The notes beneath the pieces are model-generated. The model searched no databases. It saw nothing but the letters and a program-made list of their open reading frames with translations, and was not told where the DNA came from. Below, one piece after another: positions 38,548-48,259 of a DNA stretch of 64,000 bases; positions within the stretch are counted from its first letter, which is position 1; the number at the start of each line of letters is the position of its first letter. Source of the DNA: a virus. The stretch is from the IMG/VR virus record IMGVR_UViG_3300045256_000135, positions 64,001 to 128,000 of that record; one strand, given 5' to 3'. The position numbers were made by a program, and so were the translations under genes.

Positions 38548-39092
38548 TGAAAATCTCTGTCAGAATCAACAAGAGCAACGAGAAGGCTAAGCGGAAGCTC
38601 GAGAACCCAGAGTTCCGGAAGGCCTACATGGAGAAGATTCTGCAGGAAGTAGCACTTCAGGCACCCATGTACATCACCAGGTGGATCAAAGAGCACAACC
38701 CGTTTGTTAGTCGAACTGGTTCAGCTGCAAACAAGTGGTCTGCCAAGGTTGAAGGATCAAAGGTACGCGTAGGGTCACTAATGCCCTACGTTCAATGGTT
38801 GAACGACGGTGTCAGACCACACCAAATGACGTATCTGTTGAATTCAAAGCTTAAGCAACAGATTGCGTTTGGCAAATACCCGTATTTGGGCCGGCCAGCA
38901 GTTCCAATCAAGACGTCCTTTGGTACCGCGTTCCGAGTTCCGACAGAGAAAGCGATGGCTCAAGGCAAATGGAAGCACCCCGGCAGGAAGCCGACTAGGT
39001 TCTTTGAACAATCACTAGAGATGCTGATCAAAGATCTGCAAGAGGCGCATCCTGAGCTAACCTTCAAGATGGAGTTGACTGATGCCCATTGA
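38541..39092 (+). CDS. HK97 gp10-like tail-completion protein
   Basis: P..RTG...PYVQWLNDG.RPH...W.HPG.KP..FF. Confidence 0.7.
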   Translation: MVMKISVRINKSNEKAKRKLENPEFRKAYMEKILQEVALQAPMYITRWIKEHNPFVSRTGSAANKWSAKVEGSKVRVGSLMPYVQWLNDGVRPHQMTYLLNSKLKQQIAFGKYPYLGRPAVPIKTSFGTAFRVPTEKAMAQGKWKHPGRKPTRFFEQSLEMLIKDLQEAHPELTFKMELTDAH

Positions 39093-40266
39093 TGACTTGT
39101 CTCTGCGGAGAAACATTCCCACACTGCCACTGGACCCAAAAGACCCAGGCAGATTCTCTCAACTGACCGAAGTAGCGAAGAACGCATTCGTAACGGAGTT
39201 GCAGCGCTACTTTGACTACAACCAGCCTTACTTCAATCTTCGCAAGATGGAGACTCCGACAATCGAGAAGTACAACCTGGGGTTTTCCGAGTTCGAATCG
39301 CCAATTGAGACGTGGGTGAAGATCATCAGACAGCATCCAGACACACTTGAGCACATGCCACTGGTTGCAGTCACGACGTCTCCAGGTAGCAATCTAAAGT
39401 TGGGGTTCAATACGCAGTTTGTTTCAGCTGTGCAAATGCCTGCTAGAGTTCGAGCAACCAAGACCGGACCCTACGCTTTAGTTGATGGCGACAAGATTGC
39501 GTTCAGAACAACACCGAACAACGTTCCGACAGTATCCACGGTGTTGTTCAAGTCCCAGCTATTCTCGAACATCGGGCAAGCAACAATCGAGGAAGTTCTA
39601 GCAGCTCTGAAAGCTCAGGTTTTGTACGTATCAGCTGACGTACCAAAGTACACATCTCCAACTGATGTCTTACGTGTGTTTGCAATCGGTGTACTGGCAC
39701 AAGCCTACCCAAACTCAATCACGGTACTCGGGCCACCCTATAGCACACAAAACGCTCTTGATCAGCTTGGGTTCGTAGCTGGGCAATCAGATCTCAGCAC
39801 TAGTCGGCCACCAGCAAATCGATACCAACAAGCTGCGAATCTTACCATTGGCATTGACATCGGAGCAGAATCAGAGAACACCAGAACTGAAATCACAGAT
39901 CTGTTGAACAACTGGCTGTCTTTGGTGATGGATGAGCGTGACTTTACGTTCTATGGTAGAACTGTCTTTGACGACGAGTTTCGACAAAGTGATGGGAGCT
40001 CCGAGAACTATCAAGTAGTGATGCTAGATCGACATTCGCTAGCTGGTGAAAGCGAAGTACCACGACAAGGTGGATCTGGCGAAGCGAAAGATTTGATCTA
40101 CGTGAATCGAATCTCGATTCCGATCACGATCCTGGATTACGTCGATAGATCTGTTGTTTCCGCGCCGCAATATCTTGATCAAGCAACGATTAAGAACAGT
40201 CCGTCGGATTCGGATGGTCTGCCAGCTGGGGACTACGTGAATAGTGGTGAGTCATCGAAACCGTGA
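39082..40266 (+). CDS. Putative tail terminator / completion protein
   Basis: Directly upstream of sheath; MPLVAVT...IDIGAES...R..ITD pattern. Confidence 0.55.
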   Translation: MPIDDLSLRRNIPTLPLDPKDPGRFSQLTEVAKNAFVTELQRYFDYNQPYFNLRKMETPTIEKYNLGFSEFESPIETWVKIIRQHPDTLEHMPLVAVTTSPGSNLKLGFNTQFVSAVQMPARVRATKTGPYALVDGDKIAFRTTPNNVPTVSTVLFKSQLFSNIGQATIEEVLAALKAQVLYVSADVPKYTSPTDVLRVFAIGVLAQAYPNSITVLGPPYSTQNALDQLGFVAGQSDLSTSRPPANRYQQAANLTIGIDIGAESENTRTEITDLLNNWLSLVMDERDFTFYGRTVFDDEFRQSDGSSENYQVVMLDRHSLAGESEVPRQGGSGEAKDLIYVNRISIPITILDYVDRSVVSAPQYLDQATIKNSPSDSDGLPAGDYVNSGESSKP

Positions 40267-40341
40267 GCGTATTAGAACTCGTTGTACGTTTACATAGAAT
40301 CTGAGAGTCTAGAGACTTGCTCTACTCTCAGAGGATGACCC

Positions 40342-42786
40342 ATGCCCGTAGCTAGCAACGTGTACCTGGATCCCGGGGTATACCAAGAGGAAGTGATTAA
40401 CCCCAATGCCCTTGCACTTGGGCAGCTGGTTTCACTTCTGGCGGTAGTTGGCATTGCGCCGAGACTTCGCTATGTATACAACGAAGCGGTCCGTCGTGGT
40501 CAAGTGGCAAATGAGTCTGTTACCTTTGCGGGTAGCTCACCTCACACAGCTACGACGATTAACATCGCTACTAGAAAGCAGGATGACACAGTTCTGATTC
40601 GCAACGGAACTGATGTGATGCCGGATAACTCGTATCAGTGGCTACCCGCCACTGTTACGGGAATCAATGGCACATTCAACATTGCTGCCAACTCGTTCTT
40701 GACCATGAACATGGACAAGAAGGGTTGGATCTCGATCCCGATCACTGCTGGAGCTGCTCGAACAGCAGCGCAGGTATGCACTGACATCAATTCAGCTTTG
40801 GCTGCAAGCCCTCTGTATGGTGTTGCATACAACAACGTGGCGACTGTCTCTGGCTCGGCAGTTAAGCTGTTGTCTCCGAACAGTGCTTCACCGCAACTAA
40901 GCGATATTCGGTTCATTGCAACCCCCACTGATACTCCCACGTATGGAGCTGATGCTAAAGTCATCATCTTTGGTGGCTCCAACCCGTTCATTGCTCAGTC
41001 AACGCTCCAACTGTTTGATGCGTTCTGGACTGGCACAGATACGTTCACTATCAGCTACGTAGCGGTTGACACGCTACTCGATGCGTTAGCCAACACGAAC
41101 GTTCAAGAGATCAACCGTGTTGGTATGTTCGCGAACGTAACGAGTTTCCAGAATCTGGTTGATTACACACTGAACAGCAACTCAGTGGACTGGACTCTGA
41201 ATACGAGTGCGACACTCACTGGTCTGAACGGTACATTCAACATCACCGCTGGTAACAACATTCTGCGGTGTTCGTTCAACGGCCTGGGTGTAGTTAACGT
41301 CACCCTACCAATTGGTGCAGCGATTACTGCAGCTCAGATCGCAACTGCGATTAACCAAGCGCTAATTGCTAGCAGCTTGTACGGCCCACTGTATGGTGCA
41401 GTGGCTTCAGTATCAGGTTCAGCTGTTGCTCTGACACTTCCAAGTCCGTTTAAGGACATGCCAGTTGCTCAGGGTACAAACAGCACCATCGAGTTCTATG
41501 CTGTTGCGGCCAACGCTGTAACCACGGTCTTTGGCATCTCGACACTAAGTCTGCCATTCCAAGCAAATGGTTCTGCCGACCAGCCTGTGGTTGGAGCTAC
41601 CTACTTCGTGTCATACGACTATACGAGACCAGCGACGGACTACAACTCGTCGGATCCAACCACGCACCTGTTCTACAACTCCGACGATGCTCTGGCGTAT
41701 ACCGGACCTCTGACGAAGACCAACGCGGCTCAAAATACTCTTGGCATTGCTGCCAAGATTGCGTTTGAGAACAATGCTCAGCGATTGCTTCTCATCCAGG
41801 CTAATGACTCAACCACGCCTGGGTTCCCTACAATCAATCAGATGAAAGCAGCTATTGACTCAGCTGCAAACAATTCTGGGATCACGGAGCTAGTGGTACT
41901 AGACACCAGACTTGGTGTACAGACCTATCTAGTAACTCACGTTACTAACCAAAGCTCGATCACAGAGAAGAACTACCGCAGAGGTTGGTTTGGCATGGCG
42001 CGGAACACCCCAGTTGGTGATAAGGACACCGCTGGGTCGTTTGTGTATACTGCTCAGAGAACTCTGCAGGTAACACCAGACTCACCCGGTCGCGGAAGAA
42101 TGTTACTTTCAGCGCCATCGAACGTGTCGAAGACAATCACTCTGAGTGATGGCTCAGAGAAGACAATCGCTCTCGATTCAACCTATCTCGCCGTAGCTAC
42201 TGCTGCTACAATGACTTCGTTTATCTCTCCAGCCACCGCTCTGTTGAGAAAGACGATAGTTGGCTTTGATCTTGATACATTCCAACTGTATCAGAAGGGT
42301 GAGCGCAAGACTCTCGCTGCAAGCGGTGTAAACGTCATCACTCCACTTGGAGGGAGACTAGTTCTGACAGATCCGGTTACCACTGAACAGGGAGCTGGTG
42401 GTCTGCCAGAGTTCATCGAGCCATCAGCAGGTGCTCAGAAGGACAATGCGGTTCGGGCGATTGACTCAGCATTGGATGCGAACATGGTGGGTCTGGTCCC
42501 ATCAGACCTAGCAGACTTCGTGAATGATATCAAGGGCTTTATCGCAGTTGCGATTAGAGCTCTGATCGAAGCTGGGTCCCTGGGGCGCTACACTGATCGA
42601 AACGGTCGGACTAGAGACATTGACCTCGCCACCGACATTCAAGTGTATCAGTCACCAACTGATCCAACCAAGTTCTTCTTCCGGTACTGGTTCAACATCC
42701 GCTACCCAGCCAAGCGTCTAATGGGTCAGTACTCGGTTGACAACCCGTTCGTTAACAACAACCAGAACTCAATCCAGACATCGTAA
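40342..42786 (+). CDS. Tail sheath protein
   Basis: N-terminal YLDPGVYQEE; C-terminal Y...YPAKRL; AFENNA; directly before tube gene. Confidence 0.85.
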   Translation: MPVASNVYLDPGVYQEEVINPNALALGQLVSLLAVVGIAPRLRYVYNEAVRRGQVANESVTFAGSSPHTATTINIATRKQDDTVLIRNGTDVMPDNSYQWLPATVTGINGTFNIAANSFLTMNMDKKGWISIPITAGAARTAAQVCTDINSALAASPLYGVAYNNVATVSGSAVKLLSPNSASPQLSDIRFIATPTDTPTYGADAKVIIFGGSNPFIAQSTLQLFDAFWTGTDTFTISYVAVDTLLDALANTNVQEINRVGMFANVTSFQNLVDYTLNSNSVDWTLNTSATLTGLNGTFNITAGNNILRCSFNGLGVVNVTLPIGAAITAAQIATAINQALIASSLYGPLYGAVASVSGSAVALTLPSPFKDMPVAQGTNSTIEFYAVAANAVTTVFGISTLSLPFQANGSADQPVVGATYFVSYDYTRPATDYNSSDPTTHLFYNSDDALAYTGPLTKTNAAQNTLGIAAKIAFENNAQRLLLIQANDSTTPGFPTINQMKAAIDSAANNSGITELVVLDTRLGVQTYLVTHVTNQSSITEKNYRRGWFGMARNTPVGDKDTAGSFVYTAQRTLQVTPDSPGRGRMLLSAPSNVSKTITLSDGSEKTIALDSTYLAVATAATMTSFISPATALLRKTIVGFDLDTFQLYQKGERKTLAASGVNVITPLGGRLVLTDPVTTEQGAGGLPEFIEPSAGAQKDNAVRAIDSALDANMVGLVPSDLADFVNDIKGFIAVAIRALIEAGSLGRYTDRNGRTRDIDLATDIQVYQSPTDPTKFFFRYWFNIRYPAKRLMGQYSVDNPFVNNNQNSIQTS

Positions 42787-42851
42787 TCGAACTGGAAATT
42801 GCAAGCTAGACACCCTTGAGTGGGTTGACGCCCGAGAGCCAGGAATGACAG

Positions 42852-43313
42852 ATGCCCGTTAATCCGCCGAACACACAAGTCCGTACCTCCCATGCGATTA
42901 CACTCAGAGCCAACGGTATCACAGTTGGCATCATCCAGAGCTGGTCGCCGAACCAATCGAGAACGATTACACCGATCTACGAGATCAATCAGGCAACGTC
43001 TGGTGAGCCGATTGAGAACGTTCCGGGTAACGTGGGTGGTCTGACCATCGGTGTTTCTCGATACGATTTGTACACCAAGCGGATGGAGCAGGCGTTTGGC
43101 ACTCCAGATTCCGCAATGCTTGGTGATCACAACAACCCGTTCACCGTGCTGGAAGTTTGGAGATTCCCAAACAATACGGTGGAATCGTTGCTTTACACAG
43201 GCTGCTGGTTCTCGTCAATCGGCAGACAGTACAGCGCAACTGATGCACGCGTTGTCCTTGCCAATGCACAGCTCTCGTACGTCCGCAAGATGTTCGTCCA
43301 GAAGGGTGCGTGA
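42852..43313 (+). CDS. Tail tube protein
   Basis: 153 aa after sheath; VGIIQS...IYEI...E.VPG...YTGCWF. Confidence 0.8.
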   Translation: MPVNPPNTQVRTSHAITLRANGITVGIIQSWSPNQSRTITPIYEINQATSGEPIENVPGNVGGLTIGVSRYDLYTKRMEQAFGTPDSAMLGDHNNPFTVLEVWRFPNNTVESLLYTGCWFSSIGRQYSATDARVVLANAQLSYVRKMFVQKGA

Positions 43314-43783
43314 TGAAGAAGTTGCTCTTTAGTTTCACTCTGATCTGTATGCTGGTCGTTCCAGAGGGGTGCTCTGATTGGGTTTCGAACTTCAAGAAGG
43401 ATCCAGTTGCTCAGACGCAATCCATTCTGACAACCGTACAGACTGTAGTAGACATCGCTACGATGATCTTCAAGCAGGCCTTGACGGCTCTTCCAAAGGA
43501 CAAGGTTGACGAACTTCAGAAGAAGTTTGACGATATTGTTCTTGTTATCAACAACTCGAAGACCCTGCTGATGGATGGTCTCGAAGTTGCTAAGACCGCA
43601 GGGACAAACCCAACCCTCGGAACGATTGTTGATCAGCTAACCAAGGGCGTTGTTGATCTTCAGGCCTTGGTCAACTCGATCAAGGCGACTACGGGGTCGA
43701 AATTCGGAGCTGGATCTGGACATGAAGACGATCTAGACAAGGCCGTTCACACATACCAGAAGTTCGCTGTTGAACTGAAGTGA
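43310..43783 (+). CDS. Putative lipoprotein
   Basis: MMKK + hydrophobic stretch + EGC lipobox-like site; helical remainder. Confidence 0.55.
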   Translation: MMKKLLFSFTLICMLVVPEGCSDWVSNFKKDPVAQTQSILTTVQTVVDIATMIFKQALTALPKDKVDELQKKFDDIVLVINNSKTLLMDGLEVAKTAGTNPTLGTIVDQLTKGVVDLQALVNSIKATTGSKFGAGSGHEDDLDKAVHTYQKFAVELK

Positions 43784-43789
43784 TCTGAG

Positions 43790-43821
43790 ATCTAGGGTCG
43801 ACCTCTTGGTTGGCCCTAGAT
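43790..43821 (+). terminator. Stem-loop after the lipoprotein gene
   Basis: ATCTAGGGTCGACC-TCTT-GGTTGGCCCTAGAT; only a weak U tract. Confidence 0.55.
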
Positions 43822-43946
43822 TCACGTTTAAACAGTCTCTAGTTGAAGCAGACTCCATACTGATATACATGCTAAGGGCGTTACAGAACTCCGTGTAGAG
43901 ACAAGTCTGGAAACGCTACGTAGGTAAATAGCTCTCCGGAGAGGAC

Positions 43947-44552
43947 ATGGAAAAGGAAATCAAGGACGCGAAGGTTAGTGAAGCTCTAAGCTTGATGGAC
44001 GACTTAGAGCAAGAGCTAGATTCAGGCTTTCTCGAAGAGATCGTGCAGGTCCGAGGGAGACTGTGGAAACTTCGTCTGTTGTGTGACCATGAGCAGGCTT
44101 GGGCGATGGGCTATGTGAAGGGTACAACGTTCTCAGCGATTGTACTCTCTCAGAAGACTCCCACACTTGCTATCGCGATCAGAGAGATTGGCAAGTTGAA
44201 CGCTGACGGGTCAAAGTCAATGTTCAGCATCCAAGACTTCTTTGTGAAGGAGTGGGAAGAGGTGACTAAGGGCAGTGCTGCTGAGATTCAGCGCGTGCTG
44301 AACTCCACCAACCCATATGCAGCGCAGTATTGGTTAGCGGAACGAATGTTTGAGTGGCTGTCAAAGCGCCCGCACGAGTTCACCACCGAGTTGTGGACGA
44401 AGTATCAAGAGCTCATGACTCGTCGGGAGAAAGCGGAAACAGCCATGGGAAAATCCTCAGAGGAGGGTGGGAACTCGTCCCAGACGAAGACGACGAGCTC
44501 GTCTCCCTCCTCAGAGACCACCCAGAGCTCCACTGGCGCTGGCAACAGCTAA
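43947..44552 (+). CDS. Tail assembly chaperone (G-like)
   Basis: Between tube and tape measure; contains G GGA AAA slippery site; GAGAGG RBS. Confidence 0.75.
   Translation: MEKEIKDAKVSEALSLMDDLEQELDSGFLEEIVQVRGRLWKLRLLCDHEQAWAMGYVKGTTFSAIVLSQKTPTLAIAIREIGKLNADGSKSMFSIQDFFVKEWEEVTKGSAAEIQRVLNSTNPYAAQYWLAERMFEWLSKRPHEFTTELWTKYQELMTRREKAETAMGKSSEEGGNSSQTKTTSSSPSSETTQSSTGAGNS
44447..44512 (+). promoter_or_regulatory. -1 frameshift signal of the tail chaperone
   Basis: GGGAAAA 44447-44453 then branched stem GAGGAGGG/CCCTCCTC. Confidence 0.85.
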
Positions 44553-45100
44553 AGATCAAGGCACGCGTCTGTTCTGACAAGCACATCCTACTCTCGGATC
44601 CGAGAGTACGGGAGATGTCACGTACACGATGGCTATTCGAAGCTTGGCAGCTTCGAATGAAGGATGCGAAACACCAGAAAGAGGTCAATACCATCGGGAA
44701 ACAGGGACTTGAGGCGATTCGTGATATACTAATCTCATTACTCGGTTTGAATCTTGCGCCAATTCCCGATGGCACTGATGAGAAAGGTGAGCCAAAGTAC
44801 CGATGGCCTGGCGAGGGTGAATATACACCCATGTTGTTTGCTATCGCAAGGCCAGACTATGCTTCAACTGTGTCAGAAGCAGTCAAAACACTCATCCCGC
44901 AAGAGTTTGACGATCAGCCAGTTCAAGATTTCTCCGAGGACGATCTGGAGTTCTTTGACGAGCTTCAAGCTGACCCAAAGACAGCTTTTTGGAATTCAGA
45001 CGAGATGATCCAGCAACGGAAGGCGTACATCAAAGAGGATGCCTCGATTCCAGCAACCAAGCCTACGCGTGTGAAGATAGAGATAGACGATGACACTTGA
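44453..45100 (+). CDS. Tail assembly chaperone T portion (expressed as GT fusion, ~384 aa)
   Basis: -1 frame of the 43947 ORF; track ORF 44354..45100 lacks a convincing independent start. Confidence 0.75.
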   Translation: MLRGGWELVPDEDDELVSLLRDHPELHWRWQQLKIKARVCSDKHILLSDPRVREMSRTRWLFEAWQLRMKDAKHQKEVNTIGKQGLEAIRDILISLLGLNLAPIPDGTDEKGEPKYRWPGEGEYTPMLFAIARPDYASTVSEAVKTLIPQEFDDQPVQDFSEDDLEFFDELQADPKTAFWNSDEMIQQRKAYIKEDASIPATKPTRVKIEIDDDT

Positions 45101-47477
45101 CGCAGAGATTGAGCTAGAGGGCTTTGCTGCGGGTACAGATGCAGCAACTGAACTCGGTAAAGCTGTCACCGAGTATGACGCGCTCGTTGCAAAACTCAAT
45201 GCTCAATTCACTGACTTCGAGAAACTGTTTGACAGACTGAACCAAACAGTTGACAAAGAAACTGCTAAGGTCGGCAAGAACAGCGAAGCTGAGAAGGGTA
45301 AGAAGCAGGAGCTTGATCGTAAGAAACAGCAAGAGCAACAAGAGGCTGAAGAGAAACGACTAAAAGCTCAGATGTCCAAGATGCTTGGGGGCGGCGTGAA
45401 CATGATCGCCTATCAAGCTCAACTGGATAAGCTGAAGGATCAGATGTCTGCTATTGAGCAGGCTGAGAAAAAGGGGTTGGTTACATCTGGTGAGGCAAGT
45501 GACGCGCTAAGCAAGTTGTCAAAGCAATACTCGAAGCTTGAGACTGAGGCTACAGCCTATGCTATTGTTGGTGGTGGCAACATCGGCAAGATGGCGGCTA
45601 AAGCAACTGCCACGCTTCAGTCTCTTCCGGGAGCAGCTCAAGGAGCGGTCAAGAATCAGATTTCAGGCATTGGTACTGGCTTGATGGGGTTGATGAGCGG
45701 ACTTCCAATCGCTGGTGGTCTGTTTGGGCTGATGCTTTACGGTGTTACCAATCGAGATCGGTTAAACGCCGACGCAGGAGAGCTTAGCAACATCTTCCTA
45801 GCTACTGGAAAACGAGCTACTAGTGAAGCGATGGGGTACTTTAGCAGTTTTCAAGAGCAGGCTCAGAAGTACTTGGGGATGTCGAAAGCGGACGTACAAA
45901 CGGTGCTAAACACCTTTGTCAGTGCTGGGATCTCTATTGACCAGATTATGACGAAGCAGCAAGGCAACCTAGGGATGGTCACGCATGACATTGCAACCCT
46001 TTCCCTAGCCATTGATAAGCACTTCGAGATGGCTTCTGGAACATCAGCACGCAATATTGTCACTTTGATCAATGACTTTGGCATGGAGGTAGCCAAAGCT
46101 GGATCAATGTACGAGAAACTTGCGTTTGCTGGCATTCAATCTGGAGTCGGGGTTCAGAATTTCGTCGGTCAGGTGATGCAGTCAGCAACTGCACTCAAGC
46201 AGTACGGTGTGTCAGTTGAAAGTGTAGCTGCATTGTTCTTGAAAGTGCAAGAACATTACGAGAGCCTTGGTATGCCTAAGCAGCTAGCCGGAAACCAGGC
46301 GAGCATCGCGATGGGCCAAATTACATCGGGTCTAGCAAACCTCTCGAACGGTGAACAGTCGTACTTAGGCGAGCGAATGGGGCTAGGTTCTGGGCTTGAG
46401 GCTAGAATGCGGTTCCGTGAAGGTATGACACGATTGACGGGTGGGGAGGGTGGCTCCCCCGACTTCTTGGAGAATCTGCTCCGTGAAAAATACAAGGCAA
46501 CGCTCGAAGCGACTGGTGGGGACAAGACACAAGCTCGATATATCCTCGAACAGACTGGAATGGGCTACGAAGGAGCTAAGCTACTGTCTGAAATTGGCGA
46601 TGATCTTGGCAAAGGTTTGAAGCTATCAGCTTTGACCAAAGAGCAGCGTGATGCTCTAAAAGACTCGTTCATGACTGAAGGGCAGAAGCAATCAGAGCTT
46701 CAAAAAGATCAAAATCGAATCATGGCTGACATGGCGAAGATGGGTGAGGGCACTCTGCAGGTGCTAACCAATCTTGCAGGATGGTTGATCATCTATTTCA
46801 AAGAGTTCCCTGTCTTGTTGATGGGTACCAGTCAAGAGAAGTCTGAGATCAAAGCTGTTGTAGCTGAGTTTCAGCAAGGCATGAAGACCGGGTTGGGCAC
46901 TGTTTGGGATGGTTTGAAATCACTTGGAGCTGACATGGAAGCAGCTTTGAAGCCGATCATCAAACCAATCTTTGATGCATTAGAGTTCGACCCAAATAAG
47001 GCAGCTGGTGTACCAACAATGGCTACCACCATGGGTGACAAAGCTGCGAATGCTGATGCAACCACTAAAGCAGTTGCAGCTCCCTTCATGGCATGGCATA
47101 CAGCCCTAGACTCTGGTGGCGCAGCACTGCAAAAGCATGCTACAGGAATTGCAAATGTGTTGAACCGGAGTGGCTTGATCAAAGACGATCCAGCCCACAA
47201 AGGGTCTACGACTCAGGTTGTGAAGAAACTCGGTGAGTGGTCACAGTTGGGTGGGCAGATCGATTATGATATCGCTGCTGGTTTGGGTTCGCAACAGGCT
47301 AGAGCGTCTCAGTGGGCAAAAGACACCACTGGTTCTGGTGTCTTCAGTGGTGATACCACTGCTACCGCCAGAAAGAAGGAAGAGGACGACTGGGCCAAAC
47401 GAACCACCACCGTGACGGTTGACGTGTACCCCACCTCAAAGCAGGATCAACGACCTACAACGAACACGGGGCAGTAA
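45090..47477 (+). CDS. Tape-measure-like protein A
   Basis: Directly after G/GT chaperone; A/G/Q/M-rich helical; paralogous to 48252 and 50410. Confidence 0.75.
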   Translation: MTLDAEIELEGFAAGTDAATELGKAVTEYDALVAKLNAQFTDFEKLFDRLNQTVDKETAKVGKNSEAEKGKKQELDRKKQQEQQEAEEKRLKAQMSKMLGGGVNMIAYQAQLDKLKDQMSAIEQAEKKGLVTSGEASDALSKLSKQYSKLETEATAYAIVGGGNIGKMAAKATATLQSLPGAAQGAVKNQISGIGTGLMGLMSGLPIAGGLFGLMLYGVTNRDRLNADAGELSNIFLATGKRATSEAMGYFSSFQEQAQKYLGMSKADVQTVLNTFVSAGISIDQIMTKQQGNLGMVTHDIATLSLAIDKHFEMASGTSARNIVTLINDFGMEVAKAGSMYEKLAFAGIQSGVGVQNFVGQVMQSATALKQYGVSVESVAALFLKVQEHYESLGMPKQLAGNQASIAMGQITSGLANLSNGEQSYLGERMGLGSGLEARMRFREGMTRLTGGEGGSPDFLENLLREKYKATLEATGGDKTQARYILEQTGMGYEGAKLLSEIGDDLGKGLKLSALTKEQRDALKDSFMTEGQKQSELQKDQNRIMADMAKMGEGTLQVLTNLAGWLIIYFKEFPVLLMGTSQEKSEIKAVVAEFQQGMKTGLGTVWDGLKSLGADMEAALKPIIKPIFDALEFDPNKAAGVPTMATTMGDKAANADATTKAVAAPFMAWHTALDSGGAALQKHATGIANVLNRSGLIKDDPAHKGSTTQVVKKLGEWSQLGGQIDYDIAAGLGSQQARASQWAKDTTGSGVFSGDTTATARKKEEDDWAKRTTTVTVDVYPTSKQDQRPTTNTGQ

Positions 47478-48259
47478 TGGCGCTCGCAGATTTGGCTTCA
47501 GCACTGACTCAGTCACTTTTTAACAAAGGTGATGGTCTTCAACCGGTTCGAGTCCCAATGGTGTTCTCTTGCACTAGTTGGAGAGCACGGAACATACCAC
47601 CGCTTGCGTTTAGAGTCAACCCTCACCAAGTGGTATTCAAACAAGCGAAGCGTATCTCGAAGAAGAACACTCGAGGTGGGACCGTTTACTGGCACTGGGC
47701 CGACGATCAGGGATCCGACAACGACATCCTGGAGATGCAGTTTCGTGGTAGAACTGGTTCGATTCTGAACAAACCAAACGATGCTAGTGCAGCACCAGGT
47801 GGACCAGCATCAGCCAACTCTCCACTTGTCGGACTAACCAATCCAATCAGTCAAGACAACCCCACTCCAACTGCTGGTGCAACAAAACACTATCAGTGGG
47901 CTCGATTGTATCAGTTGACTAGCCTCCCGACTCTGGACAAAGAGCTGAACCAACTCAACCTGTCTACCGTAATCTACAGAAGCCCACTCTTTCCCAACCC
48001 TGTTCAGTTTACGGGGTTCTTCAACCAAGTCTTGGACTTTGACGAAGTTGCCGAACGTCCGTTTATGACTGAGTATTCGTTCACGTTTGTGGTTCAGAAG
48101 ACACAACCAAACCTAAACACGCTGACTGAGTACCTAGCGCAGGCTCTGCTGATCAACCCACAACAGTCTGCTGCAATCAACAATGCAGTAGCAACAGCTA
48201 ATGCACAACAACAAGCGAACACTGGAGCTGTAACAGGGTCAAACACGAGAAATGGCTGA
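47477..48259 (+). CDS. Putative tail tube initiator / baseplate hub-proximal protein
   Basis: F.VNP...K...TRGG...HW...F.G.TG...GFF..F.E....PF..Y.F.F. Confidence 0.6.
   Translation: MALADLASALTQSLFNKGDGLQPVRVPMVFSCTSWRARNIPPLAFRVNPHQVVFKQAKRISKKNTRGGTVYWHWADDQGSDNDILEMQFRGRTGSILNKPNDASAAPGGPASANSPLVGLTNPISQDNPTPTAGATKHYQWARLYQLTSLPTLDKELNQLNLSTVIYRSPLFPNPVQFTGFFNQVLDFDEVAERPFMTEYSFTFVVQKTQPNLNTLTEYLAQALLINPQQSAAINNAVATANAQQQANTGAVTGSNTRNG

Noticed and set aside
42802-42829. CAAGC...GTTGAC resembling an IS200/IS605-family end
   Set aside because: Internal hairpin is poor and there is no partner end or transposase.
44354-45100. Independent gene starting at GTG 44354
   Set aside because: Better explained as the -1 frameshift extension of the tail chaperone.
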